From contig CAIIXF020000001.1 of NCBI GenBank assembly GCA_903813345.2, positions 23,436,001-23,500,000 of the forward strand: DNA of 64,000 nucleotides, in the 5' to 3' direction. Below the pieces are notes generated by a model. The model was not told the DNA's origin. It made no database searches and saw only the letters and a program-made list of their open reading frames with translations. How positions within the stretch are numbered: the first letter of the stretch is position 1; the number at the start of each line of letters is the position of its first letter. This document shows positions 50,308 through 63,560 of this stretch, in pieces. Source of the DNA: Owenia fusiformis (taxonomy: Eukaryota). The translations under genes and the position numbers were made by a program.

Positions 50308-50917
50308 ATATATTTAGGTCTAATATCTTACATCATTGTGTTCTTGAGATTCTTAACTATATCCCTGCATCATGTGTAACTCCTTTTGAGCCGTATAAAC
50401 TACATTTTTGACGAGTTTTCAAACTTTTTTCTTTAATTCTGGAACATCATGGCGATGGTTGTCATGGCCAGGCCCAATATAACCCTAATTATGCGCGACC
50501 TTGACCCCGATAACACATTCCATAAAAATGTCGGTATTTCCACGTTAATTATTAACAACCCTCTTACGATAAGTGTTAGTTGTCATTGTTTTGTCATTGA
50601 TCTTTGTCCAACCAAATTGTTTTGATAAAGTATCATTAAAAATGAAACAATAGTTGTACACAAATCAATAAACTCTTTTAATGTTTACATTTTATGTCAA
50701 AGGTCACCCACGTGACATGAAATAAACAACCATCTGTTGCCGATGAGAGCAATTGAAACAGAAGATTGTTGACTTAAAAATCGATCATAATCTTAACAGT
50801 TACACTACAATCATACGTGGCTTTGCCTCGTTGTCTTAAAATTCAAGAACGTTTTAAGTGATAAAAACCAAGCAACGTCAAACAATTGATTGTGCTGTGA
50901 ATTTCTGGATTTATAAA
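50308..50917. promoter_or_regulatory. Putative bidirectional promoter between the PAF-AH and JmjC genes
   Basis: 610 bp separate the divergent start codons. The interval contains cacgtg and locally more CpG. Inferred from gene geometry. Confidence 0.55.
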
Positions 50918-53900
50918 ATGGAGCTTCATTTTTGGATGGTTCTGGTGCAGATTATGACTTTGGAAGTGATTTGGGGGAAAATAGGATTTAAAAAAGACTT
51001 AAATATGAACGTGGAATTCCCACCTACTATAATACGACACAGAAATGAGAATATTCCAGCCGGACATCTTAGACCCCTCGGTAAGATTACATGCAAATAA
51101 ATAAGAATGAACGCGACAGTGATACGTGGATTGCGTCCCAAACTTTCTAGGATTCAATGAACCATGGATGATACATGTATATTCTATTAACTTTTATTCT
51201 TATGTTTTACAAATACGTTTAACTGATCTACAAATTTTCAGGTTATTCTTTCTTTCACTGCGACTAAAAATATTTTACCCGCTAGAAAACCAACTGAAGA
51301 TACATGTAGGCTTACTGTACATGCAAATCTGGTGAAAGTATACCAGGTGAATAAACTCTAGAAACTCCATGGTGTGACAAATTACAGAGGGCTTAGGAAA
51401 GGCGGGGTAAACAAAGACAAAGAGCAAAATTTATTTACTTGCACGCGACTTTCATTTTCTTCATTTTCTTGGAAACATGAACCTGGGGGTCTATTTTGGA
51501 ATTGGGACCTGTCGTAACTTACGATTTTGTCAGCTCAAGTCACTGTTCCTCTTTCAATGAACGGCTGTTTCCAAAGAGTCGTACCAAAATCGGCCATTGT
51601 CAAAAACGCTCGTCTTTTTAATGACTACTGCAAGGGGGTGGAAATATACAGTTCGCAGCTAAATTATATTAGAACAACTACGTGTCTATTTATTCGGATG
51701 TAACCAAATATTATATTTGTTTATGTTACACCATGGACTGTATGATGTAATTATTTGGGAATTATAGATTATGATCAACAGCATACATTTGGATTTAGAT
51801 GATGATCATATTTCTATCGGAAATCACTAATTCAATCTTAACCCTGAACGCAGAGTTTAGTTTTAAACTAATGAAGCTAGCTTTTAAGAAGCTAAGTCAT
51901 CTGATGTAAAGGATGATCTTTCATGTGCAATGTATTTATTTTATCTCGGCCTATGTTTGATGTAAGACGCTTTCATTAAAGAGGGAGCATGGTTTTCGAT
52001 AATTGCGTTTTATGCCTAGGTCCCATTTGCTCCGATTCATTGGCCGGCGCCCGACCGTTGTAGTATTTTGTTCAAAACTGATTTCAACTTGCTTCAAATT
52101 GACCAAACCTTTTTTTAAATCATGTACAAGTTCCCAGGAGTTCACAAGTGACCTCAAATTTAAGATTTGACCTTCAATTTTGAACAAAATGCTCAATCGG
52201 CCGGGCACCGGCTGATGAATTGGGGCAAATGTGACATAGGCTTTGGCTTTGCATGAATAAATCGATCCAAATAATTAAGCGATATTTTGTTTTTACATAT
52301 CCATTGTTATTACAGGCTGGCAAAGAAGACCAGAGGGCAAGATCACAGAAGAAAAAGAAATGTTAAAACCCCAGAAGTTTTATTCTCGTTTTGTAAAGAA
52401 CAAGAAGCCTGTTGTATTTCGTGGAGTCGCTGATGAAGTTCCTGCAATGAAACAATGGGAGAAAGATTCAACCTTAGATAAGAAGTGTGTTTGTACAATA
52501 AATTCTCCTAAACTGCTTTTAAAAGTGACAAAAGTGACAATACCACATTAGGGCCTAGTATGAAATTCATTTTCATAATCTCTCGAATTTTCCTTGATCA
52601 TGACATACATGTAGTTTAGCCCGACACTTGGCCTTATTGTCAAATCAAAAAATCATTTACATTCTCTTTTTAAGGTATGGTAAATTAGATGTTATGGTAA
52701 CAGTAAAAAACTCAATGTTGAAATCGACCGGGCCGATCAAACTCAAACTGAAGAAATTCTTGAGGGAGTACGAATACGAGAACTGGTACTTAGCTACTAC
52801 AACTCCACATGAGATGATGCATGAACTCTTGGTAAGGCATTGTCGCAACCTGATTAGAATACAATGAAATAAAATACAATCACCTATGATCAACTTAGCT
52901 TTAAAGATGTTGATTTAAGAGCAAAAAAAGGCTCCAAAACTTAATAAAATATGTAGTTTGGATGTTCATTTATGTCTGTGGATTATATTTTATACCACAA
53001 ACACTTTATAAATACCTGAAATTTGCAATAAAAGTGCCCAAAAATTGTTGTTTCGAAATTCCCCATTTTTCCTGTATCGCGCTAGTCACGTGACCATTAC
53101 ACGTAGCAGTCAATGTACAGATATTACAGTACATATAATATGTTCAATATGGCAAACATCAGCGATTCTGATTCCCGGGTTCTGGGAAATGACTATATAA
53201 ATCGGCGAGAGGGTGTAATTTGAATGAAGACAATTTAAGGATATGACGGAGAATCAACTAAAAATGTGAGTTCTGGAATGAAGACCCGTTGCCATTGACT
53301 GAAGCGATACTATTATCATACTCAGTTTGAATCTAGACGCGGAAAACAGATTATGAAAACAGGTTTTCTGCAAAGTTATCAAATTTAGAAGATATGGATC
53401 TTGTTTTTGAGTGGCTTAACAAGCATTTAGATACCAGACTTGGCGCTATCTCTTGTCAAATACATGCACTGGACTTGCAGTAAATTGGCCATTGCAAATT
53501 GCAAAATCAGATCGTCAAATTAATCGCTTCGTTTTTAAACCTACGCTTCATATCTTCTTCCAAAACTTTAGGATTCGATAGAGATAAGTTATAACTTGTA
53601 CAGGAAAAAATGGCAGATCCTACCTTAATTTAGAATCGCTGATTTCTCTGGACAAATTCCGAGAAGAAATTGTTCAACATCGCGATCACCCCAGACAACA
53701 TGTCGCGTGCGTGTCACTCTGAACTCACGTGATAAAATACGGCATCTTGATTGGTTACTACTCGTGTTGTCATGACGTGAAAAGCAGTAGTAAACACTGA
53801 ATATGTTAATGAACTGCCATATATGGAACAATTGTCTTTCTGATTGGTTAACTTTACACGCCTCCTAAATGAATATAGTAGTCGTAGTAAATGATTCATT

Positions 53901-56900
53901 GATAACTCTGAAAGTGGGCGTGACCAGCTTCATTTTGACACCAAATTCAAGATGTTTCAAATCAAAATGGCCTCGCAAGACGAGGTTGAAATATCAGTAA
54001 TTTGATACTGATATGGTCTACGATAGATCAAAATTGACTGCCCCGCGTCACATGTCACGTGAGCCTATATTTGTTGAAAAATGAAAGAGATAGTGACACT
54101 TTTTAATCTTAAGTTTATACCAATATTACAAACACATATCTATTTTTTTCATTATATATTTATTTCTTCATAATACATACATTTGTTTTATACTACATTG
54201 ATTTATTTTTGCAAAACCTTTGCTATTAGATCTTTAACTGAATTGAGATAGACATGATCTTTACATGATGAATATATAGCAATGCGTTGTGATACAACAA
54301 ACACTCAACAAATATCTCTGCTAAGGTATCGAAATGACGTCAGTCAAAAAATAAACATTTTTCCAAGAATTTTGACAATTTTACGCTGACGTCATTATGA
54401 CGACTTGGTATAGTGTCTTGACGATGTAATCGTTGTCACTAATAAATAATTTGATACGAAAAATTAAAGATTTTCAGCCTAACCCTTAAAGCTTCTGATC
54501 AAATATCACTCTTTTTAGATATTCTTTTTGAAGAAAGACGTAAATATATATCAGAGACAAACACGTTCGCATTCTTGAGTGGAGTATATCTTTTTGGTAA
54601 CTTTTCCCATATCCCTGACTTTTTTACAATATTAGATTATTCATTTCTTGCGAAAATGTTTTTGAAATGTACGAGTTATAATAAAAGTTGTAGCAAAATG
54701 AAAATTTTGGACGTTTTCTCCCACTTTCACTTTAGTTGCCCAAGTGCCTGCGATGCAGCACCATGAGAAAGAACCTCGTTGAGAGTGAAGTTTGGATGTC
54801 TTCTGGTGGAACAAGTTCTACGCTTCATTACCACGCAGACCATGACATTCATTGTATATTAGATGGGCGCAAAGATTTCATCCTCATCCATCCAAAATAT
54901 AAATCTGATATTACTTTTGTTGAGAAGGTATTGGTCGTCTTTTCCCTTATTAGTGATTGTAGTTTAATCATAGTCAAATTCGTAATCATATTTCAAACAC
55001 AGACTTCTCCTTCGAAAGACTACGGGACATACTTGGGGTGGCTACCTACTTTGGCAACGTACATGTATGTCTTCGTATATAAACCAACTACCTAACGACA
55101 ACTTAGCAATAACACGAATAGTTCCACGCTTTTTACAATTTCTGATTTGTTACTACTTGCGGATTCACGACAGTTTCAGACTACCATGATATCCAGGAGA
55201 AAGTAGTAATTTACGAAGTCAATCGAAAATGGTAGTCTCCCGGGGGAAGTCTCAAATATATGTTCGTATATCAAATATATATTCGTATATCTATATAAAG
55301 GTATTATTATGATCAGTTTTAACTCTATTTTATACTGCAGAGTCCACATTCAGGCTCTGGTCACTCAACGGTAGACGTGGATATGGTAAACGCATTCAAA
55401 GACTCAAAACTTGCTGCGACTCCATGGCACTACACCACACTTCTTGCTGGGGATTGCATCTTCATTCCAGCAGGTTAATCTACGAAAACATCTTCTCCAT
55501 CCTTTTTCCTTCATCTCATATATATGCTGAGAAGCAATAAAGAGTACTTGCTGTATTATGTATTATTTTAGTATAAATAAACTTTCTCCATCATCATAAT
55601 TTTCACGCTGGTTTTTTTGTAATGAAATGAGGCCATGAAAATTCATCATATTTTTATTTCTCTTTTACAGATTACCTACATCAAGTACGCTCTTATGGGC
55701 GAAGCATTTCCTATACAGTTCTGTGGTCCCCCACACCCAAGGTTGACATCAAGGACTGTAACGAAGAAGTCGAAAATAAATTCACTTTGCTTACCGATGC
55801 TTCATTTATGTGGACTTTCGCCGATGGTGACAAGGTATTGTAATATTTTGCAGATTTTATCCGAACAACCGCACTTTATGTGAAGTAGAATAAAATATGT
55901 GCGTTCACAAAATGATGGAAACTGTGGATGCTCGTATGATTCACTTGATCTGGAATATGGAACTGGTATCCATATTCACCCGGGGTCTCCAGCATAGTAA
56001 CAAAGATTATTCCATAATAACATGTTTTCCCTGGGAAAATAACAGGGAATAAAAGTGTTATTTGAAAAATCCCGTATCAGATCCCGTATCAGCCAAAATC
56101 CCGTATCAGATCCCGTATTGGATCCCGTATCAGCAAAAATCCCGTATCAGATCCCGTATCAGAAAAATTGAAAAAAAAATATTATGAAATAAATAGGTTA
56201 TTGATGGTCGTGATGGAATATGGATTTATTCCTTGAGAAAATATGATATTGGCCTCAGAAAATATCATATTGACACTCGGGCTATCGCCCTCGGTCAATA
56301 TGATATTTTCCTTGGCCAATATCATATTTTCCCTCGGAATAAAATCCATATTCCATCCCTCCCATTGAATAACCTCTATTTATTCCATGATGGTGAAATT
56401 CCCTGCAATCTGATTGGTCCACGTGACTTAAATATATTCTGTATTTACACGCACTTTCCTGTGTCAATGACGTCAGCGTTGGGATACGGTCCAGTATCCC
56501 AACGCCCCAGATTTCCATCCAGGATATGACTGTTACTGAAAAAAATCAATGGCGATTACTTTGCACCAACGCATGCTTATCTTTGAATTTTGCTATAAAT
56601 ATCTGATTCAAATATCAGAAACGTATACTGTGATCACCAGAATCAATAATTTTAAGAGGAAAAAACGCAAACAAAAAGCAAACAACAAGGACATAAAGAT
56701 TTTGAAGGAATATCGATGTAAAATACCTCTGAGGTGAGAAGGTTGATCTGTTTCTCCGGCCCCAAGCCAACGGACTTGATTTAGGCGAATTTTATATGGG
56801 TAATCATGGAATAAAAACGTTATTCAATGATTTCTTGTGAAATACAGAAAATATTCTTCCCTTGAACGTCTGTATTTCACTCTGCTAGCGCATCGTGAAA

Positions 56901-57617
56901 TACAACCTTCTCGGGAAGAATATTTTCTGTATTTCACTCGAATCATTGAATAACTTATAATATACGCATACATATAGTGAATTATATTACATATAGCGCC
57001 ATAGAGCTGTTCCAAATTGCGAGTCCAAATTTAAAACATTCTTATCTTATTTTTGCAGTTGTTGTTCAACTCTAGACTAAATCCAGAAAGTACAAGGCAA
57101 CATCTTCTTGGTTTGATGAGGACTGATAGCGAACTGTATTATGATCGCTTTCATCTATTCTACAACGAATCTCTTAGCGAGGTACGTATAACACTCTTAA
57201 AAACCAGAATATTTTTTAGTTTTTAAACCACAAGCGTTATTCTTAATTCAATGAATGGCGTAAATAGGAAAGAGGATTGAGCTTTGACACCCAAGTCTAC
57301 ATGTATTGCATGAAAACAAATTGCAAGAGGCAGTAATGACCAACACCTAAGAAAATCAAAATCAAAGTATCTATCTTAAACTGCGAACTTTACATATCAT
57401 TCCTTGCCCCGTCCGACTTCCAATGTTTTAAAGCTTGCGTTCATTTCAGGTACGAGATGCACCAGATTCATCGGAAGTGTTTAAGAGCCTTGACCCAAAC
57501 AACCAGGGTTTCATAACCAGAGAAGCCGTTGAGAAGTTGGACAACATGCGACTCCAAGAACTAGCAGATGTCCTCAACAGAGCCCATGCCCATGGTCATA
57601 AACACGACGAACTCTAA
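50918..57617 (+). CDS. JmjC/cupin-8 domain protein with signal peptide, degenerate EF-hand and C-terminal HDEL; 8 exons, ~422 aa
   Basis: Exons 50918-51080, 52316-52484, 52675-52831, 54736-54927, 55341-55473, 55671-55834, 57059-57181 and 57450-57617 join in frame. Motifs: GHLRPLG, KPVVFRG, WMSSGGTSSTLHYHAD, CILDGRKDFILI, GDCIFIPADYLHQVRS, DPNNQGFIT and HDEL*. Confidence 0.92.
52901..54237. mobile_element. Probable old non-autonomous DNA transposon (TTAAAG...CTTTAA, Kolobok-like) filling JmjC intron 3
   Basis: ttaaagatgttgatttaagagcaaaaaa versus ttttttgcaaaacctttgctattagatctttaa is only a weak TIR. The interior is CpG/cacgtg-rich. Confidence 0.4.
56069..56162. repeat. atcccgtatcag minisatellite (~7 copies)
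   Basis: Direct repeats of atcccgtatcag with short spacers. Confidence 0.9.
56192..56952. mobile_element. Double-hairpin non-autonomous element (Crypton-like, inferred)
   Basis: Stem-loops at ~56192-56375 (centre cgggctatcgccctcg) and ~56820-56952. The motif gaaattccctgcaatctgattggtc follows the first hairpin. Confidence 0.65.
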
Positions 57618-58662
57618 AGCCCAACAAATACCAAGATGGAACCTCTATAGATATATGTTTGGACACATATTTGAACTAGATCTAAATTAGACTTATTCCT
57701 AGAGGCAGTGATCTGGAATATGAAACCGTTAACCGTTGACGGATATTTCATACGTTATTTGCCCGTTTTTGTACCTAGATTAGTGATGTACCATTTCCGG
57801 GGTACCATTATTGTCAATTCATCTGTATGAACCAGTCGTCAGCAGTTGTATTCGTTATCGTCATTTATTATAATTGTTGTACAGAACAGTTTTCTTCATC
57901 TTTAGCCATCCTTTGTAAGGATACTCCATTTAGGCTTTAGCCAGTAGTGCATGTGGGAAGGGAATCCTTTAATATGTAATATTGTCTAAAATCTCAAAAA
58001 TGTCATTATAGGATGCATATTCTCTCCTATTCGATAACCCTAGGATGAAGAAAAGAACGTTTCCATGAAATCAAACAAGTATGACTATCCCTTGGATCTC
58101 ACAAGCTTTAGATAAAGATAAACTCTGATAAATCAAAATGCGAAAATATATTAATAAATGGAAGGTGGCATTTGTTTCCGATCTTATCATATATTTATAT
58201 TTTGTATTGAGTTGAAGCTGGTGGGAATTTAATCGTTGAGATATTTGTAGATGTGTTTATTTTTGAGATTTCCTCTTTAATTCTTCATGCTTGATTTCCT
58301 TAATCTTTCATTTTGTGAGGGATATTTGTTTTTGAACAATCGGACTTATAGTTATTTAGAATTTATTCTTTAATACTTCTGATTTTACGTTTTAGTCATC
58401 CGAATTTGTCATGCGAACTATGTGATTTAGGAATAAATTATGTATAAGCAAGGGAATCACTCTTGGAGTGTACCTGTATTCACATGTACATGTGGAATTT
58501 TGATTCAGTAAACCTGCCAGATGGCTTTTTCCATCAGGATGCCATAGAAAATTGCTCAGAGTATAAAATAACAGTGAACTCAGAAAAGTAGAACATAAAA
58601 CTCTACAATGAGGATTCGACCTGATATATTTGTTAGAAGTAAGATTAATACATGAATTTGGG

Positions 58663-59721
58663 ATGCAAATTAAGAAATATAAACAATCTATGTATGAGGA
58701 GAGAATCGAGAATGAGAAATCAATAAAGTCCGGTGATGAAGTCGTTGCGAACATCAACATAGACATAGAGGACCGTCCACACAAGGCAACAGAGGGGATA
58801 ATGAAGGAGAATGAGTCGTTGAGGTTGATGACGGGCTTCATGATGTTCACAGGTGGAGGAGTAGCATTCGGATTGCCCGGGGTGTTGTTCACGATACGAA
58901 ATAACAACCCAAACAATATTCTAACGTCCTTAGGTCCCGTTCTCATCTCGATAAGCCTTGTCATGATGGTTGGATCATTTATAGTGTGTACATATGCATT
59001 TGATGACTCTGACGATGATGCCACGGACCGCAAATACAAATCACAATACCGGAAGGCATGCGTTGTGCTATTCTTTGGGGCTCTACTCTGTGTACCAGGG
59101 GGTGTAGCACTTGCTCTGTCCAGACACTATGGATTTAACTCGGAACATGCATTGTCAATAGGCGGCATCATCAGTGCTCAAATAGGCGGTGGTCTACTTG
59201 TATCAGGGTTGATAATGTGTTGTGCTATTCGCGTGCGTAAGAAAATGACGAGGCGTATTGAGGACAAAGCGACCTCAGAAGAAAACCTATCGGGTTCACA
59301 AAGTAAGATGACCATTAACCGTGGTGTTGCACGTTGGTCACCGGTGGATACACCAATGATGGACTCGGACGCAGACGTTTGTGACTGCGCTTATTGCCCT
59401 CGGCACGGCTTGATGCTTACCGGCAGGCAACCAGAAGAAGAGGCAGAGCCCTGGTGTCCATTCAGCTCCAGTTCAGATTCCGATGGACGCGTTGATCCAT
59501 TGATCGAAAGGATGCAATTAAGAGTGATGCAAGGACGGAGTAGAAAATGCCAGAGAGGCAAGAAAATTGGTAAAAAGGGTGCTGGTAGAAAGAATAAACG
59601 GAGACAGCAATTAGATATTGATAGTGGTGATGATATGAATGACTCTGATGATATGGACGATGAGGGCGTTGATGCGTATGATGGAATGGTTCAAATAATT
59701 GGAGAAATCATGCCCATGTAA
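58663..59721 (+). CDS. Intronless membrane protein with 4 predicted TM helices and a basic/acidic C-terminal tail (~352 aa)
   Basis: A ~1-kb open frame in AT-rich DNA. Hydrophobic segments: FMMFTGGGVAFGLPGVLFTI, LGPVLISISLVMMVGSFIVC, ACVVLFFGALLCVPGGVALAL and IGGIISAQIGGGLLVSGLIMCCAI. The start is at 58663 or 58690. Confidence 0.8.
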   Translation: MQIKKYKQSMYEERIENEKSIKSGDEVVANINIDIEDRPHKATEGIMKENESLRLMTGFMMFTGGGVAFGLPGVLFTIRNNNPNNILTSLGPVLISISLVMMVGSFIVCTYAFDDSDDDATDRKYKSQYRKACVVLFFGALLCVPGGVALALSRHYGFNSEHALSIGGIISAQIGGGLLVSGLIMCCAIRVRKKMTRRIEDKATSEENLSGSQSKMTINRGVARWSPVDTPMMDSDADVCDCAYCPRHGLMLTGRQPEEEAEPWCPFSSSSDSDGRVDPLIERMQLRVMQGRSRKCQRGKKIGKKGAGRKNKRRQQLDIDSGDDMNDSDDMDDEGVDAYDGMVQIIGEIMPM

Positions 59722-61410
59722 ATGGCACACCTATACAGATCATCAAATAGATTGGAGCAATTGATAAAATAACAGCTATCAAATGATCAAAGCCATTGTG
59801 GGATCCACAACATGTACTATCCCTTATAATACTTCTCAAGTATAAGATGAAGAGGAACGCTGATGAATCAGAATGGATCAAACTTAGTATGAACGGTATT
59901 CATATTAATTAATGGATAAACATACTGGATGGTTAGAAGTTTTTTTTTCATCGGGAACTTTTGATCTATTTAGTTGTGCATATACCAGTTTTTGCTCTGT
60001 CCTCGTATTAAATGGATGTTTTCCGTTCGTGAGCTTTTTGTTTTCTTCATTTATTTAGCGACAGATAAATGGCGCTTTTGGCGTAAAGTCAATGTGATTA
60101 GGGTTTACTCGCAGTGGCCTTAGAAGAAGGTAAATTAGGGTAGAGAAGTATGATACTTGGTACTTGATAATAAAATCAAATTCATAGATATCGAAATCAA
60201 CACCATCCGCCATATTAGATGCGAAGTTTACGGCCGTTACCTTCGCTTAATACTGAGCAGTGACAATGGGGGACAACGTTATATTTCAAAACACTAAAAA
60301 TAAAGGATTGACTGCATAATTGATTGGTACATCCCATGATACATCCCAAATATATGCATGCATCATTGAAACATTGAATATGGGACCATCGAATAACTTA
60401 CCCTGTGCGCAGAGTCTAGTTATAAACTACCGACGAAAAGACGAAGCTCTCTTTTAAGAAGCGTAGTTGAACGAATTCAAAGGGTACGAATAACTGGTTT
60501 GCTCAGACGAAACCAAGAGTGCATTCACACCCTGGACGAAGTGATAAGGTCAAAACAAGTGGCTCTGATTTAGGAAAAAACGATCTTCCTAAAAATTAAT
60601 AATTTTTGTACCCCAATTTTTGTAAGGTTAAATTCTTGTGGACAAAGAGGAGAATCATATACAATTTTGTATTATGTTCAAGTGGTACATCTTAAACTAC
60701 TCAGTTCGTGTGTTTTAAATTGAATGGAACGCGCATTAGTGGCTGGAGTGTAAATTAAAGTTGAGAATTATATCTCCCGCTAAAAATTACGATTTTATAT
60801 TGTCAAAATATCTTTCATTGATGATCAATGATGCATATAAACGTTCATGCACACCATCATGATATACCATGACATCTCATTTCTTCTCAGCCCTGAGATT
60901 TCAGGTGAAACAGAAAGATGCTATGAGTATCAGAATGCATGCACACCGAGATTGTATGTTTCTTTTCATATGTGCATTTACAGCATCGACAGTTATTTTA
61001 ATTTGATGTGATGCCCATTGTTTTACTCCCGACGACGAACATTTGAGGAAAATAAGCGGTTATTGATTTGCGATGGTGATTTGTGATAAAACGCGGCTTT
61101 CTATACCTGATTTAGTTTCATTAATTTAACGTTTTCCAGTCATGTCCTATGACAATCGCCGTTATGAAGCGTCGAAAATCTCTTTATATTACATCAAGTC
61201 ATGTGGAAGTGGCCTTTGGATGAAATAAGAGTCTAAGATACATGCAGCTTGTTAGACGTACGATGCCCGTTGTCAACGCAAAGTCCAAAGATCTGGATGT
61301 CAAAACAACCCCTTTATTTACACTGCCATTGCACATGAATGGGAATTATGTTTATGTCCACTATTTTAGTAAATCGTCTTGGACATTTACTATAGAACAA
61401 ATCATTTGCC

Positions 61411-63560
61411 TTACTGTATCTTTTGTTTAAGTATTGTGCGTATAGATCCATCGTCGGCAAGTCGTTGAATGACATCAGGTAACACACTGGTGAACTCATT
61501 TATTAGATCTTCAATATTTTCATCTAGCATCTGTATCGTTGCATTGCCATCTGTGGAACTGTGTGCTTCATTGCTGTGACAAGATTTCAGGCAAGAGTAC
61601 CGACAATTGTCGGTACTCTAGACTCTGAGGTGGTGGCACGCTAGAGGACCGACGAATAAATTGTCGGTACGGGAGATATGCTGTGTTTACACGCTAGAGG
61701 ACCGACAAATATTGATTTTCGAATTTTCTGGCGCATGCGCAATGCGCGGGGGATATTTCAGATATCATACGGATATTTTGGGAACAAGTGCAAAACCCGC
61801 GGAGGGCATTACCAAACCCAGTCAAAAAATGGTAGCCCGGGAACAGGGAATGGTAGTAAACGTTGAAAACCCAATATAAAAAACATGAACAAGTAAGACG
61901 TTAGAAAGCTATTAATGCAGAGTAAACGGCTATACATATTCTATACAGACAGGATATTACTCCTGAGCCGATCAGGCGTAGAAACGGGCGTTTGCTACCC
62001 ATTAGATAGAAGAAAATAGCTAGAATGTTTTTTATTTGAAGCTTATGGTATGAGGTTCCATATCCATCCGCCAAAAGGTATGACCCCTATATAGTCCATT
62101 TAAAAACCAGTGGTATCGTTCTAAATAACCCATAGTTGGCTTCTAGGGTACCTAGTATGCCACTATTTGGTATCAAAATAAAGAGGAGTTCAACTTTCAT
62201 TTGAATTACGAAAATAGCGATGTAGGTCAAAATAGTTCCGAACGTGAGCATGTTTACTACGCGTTTGCCCGTCATATCAGAATTGAGGAAGTGGTAGCAA
62301 ACGCGAGTTACAATAAACGGACGCTGATATCTCAAAAAGTAACCTGACTCCCTATAATTTGATGTAGGTCAATCGAACCCCTATATGGACAGGTGCATTT
62401 TGATATATAACACTATGGGGGGGGGGGGTAAGCGTTTCATAGTTGGTCACGAACGCCATATGTGCAAAGTATTGTTATGAATTTTCGAATTTGGTGTTGG
62501 ATTACGGTACTCATACCTTATAGCACAATTTTTGATGGAAGTTGCATTTGGCTCCCTTAGTTAATGGCCACGATTCCATCTCGCATGAGAGAGCTACCAA
62601 ACGCAAAGTAAACAGTGATATATTCCAAATGAGATATTTCTCCTGTGCCATGGCGTAGTAAGGGTAGAGAGCGACGGGGGCGAAAGCATCCCCTCCCCTA
62701 ACTGTATATATCGACCCATTAGATAGAACAAGAAAAAAGCTTTAAAATGTTTTTTAATTGAAGCTTGTAGGACAATTTTGATGGAAGTTGAATCAATTTT
62801 TGTCGAAATAAATTATGGCTCAATCCGAGTGTGTTCGAGTCGTGCTCGCTAACCACGAGGCTACCAGTGATGAGGTTATTTCTAAAAGTAAAAGTAGTCG
62901 ATTTATCTATGAAATTGTCGGCTCTCTAGCAAAAACACGTAGTAGCCACTTGCGTACCGACAATTGTCGGTTCTCTATCTGGCACTACTAGGTGACGATA
63001 GAGTGCCGACAATTGTCGGTACCCTAGCAAATACCCCTGGACAGTCTCCAGTACCGACTTTTGTCGGTCCTGGAGCCACTCCGTGTATTATATCATTCAT
63101 TTCATTGGTGATTTCATTGGTGGTTTCATTTTCAATTTTATTTTCAATTTCATTTTCTTTTTCAATGTTATTATCCATTGTTGTACGACATTTCATTTCA
63201 TTGTTACTGTCAATATCTAATTTTGAGCATTTAGATACATGGGGAACATCACTGTCCAAGTACATTGTACTGGGCTATTGATATTGTCATGGAGTCTTGA
63301 TCCTGAATCACTATTTTTTTGCCACTGGCTTCGATCTCACTGGGAATCACATCTGAGAAATTTTTTGTTATCAATTTAATCGTTCCATTCACATTAATAA
63401 TTTTTCTGATTTTCATTTCATTTTCAGGATGTTTTAAAATCAAGTGTTGTATTATTGCATTAAATTGTTTTGTTTTCCCGTCACAATTGTAGCATTGGAA
63501 GCCTACACACCTGAAAGTAAACAAGTGATTAATTAGACATCCATTCCACGTATTTTCCAT
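61411..63560 (-). pseudogene. Disrupted transposon ORF with an N-terminal C2H2-like zinc finger
   Basis: FQCYNC-x12-HLILKH (63249-63560) is followed by a frameshift into an Asn/Glu-rich linker, which the nested element interrupts at 63085. An apparent continuation lies at ~61590-61411 (…DENIEDLINEFTSVLPDVIQRLADDG…*). Confidence 0.6.
61591..63085. mobile_element. Nested element with CACGG terminus and repeated palindrome accgacaattgtcggt (left end truncated)
   Basis: The right end reads ...ggagccactccgtg. Palindromic accgac(aattgt)cggt motifs lie at ~61599-61670 and ~62957-63068 in mirrored arrangement. Confidence 0.7.

Noticed and set aside
58392-59039. 215-aa minus-strand ORF
   Set aside because: It is the antisense shadow of the 4-TM gene.
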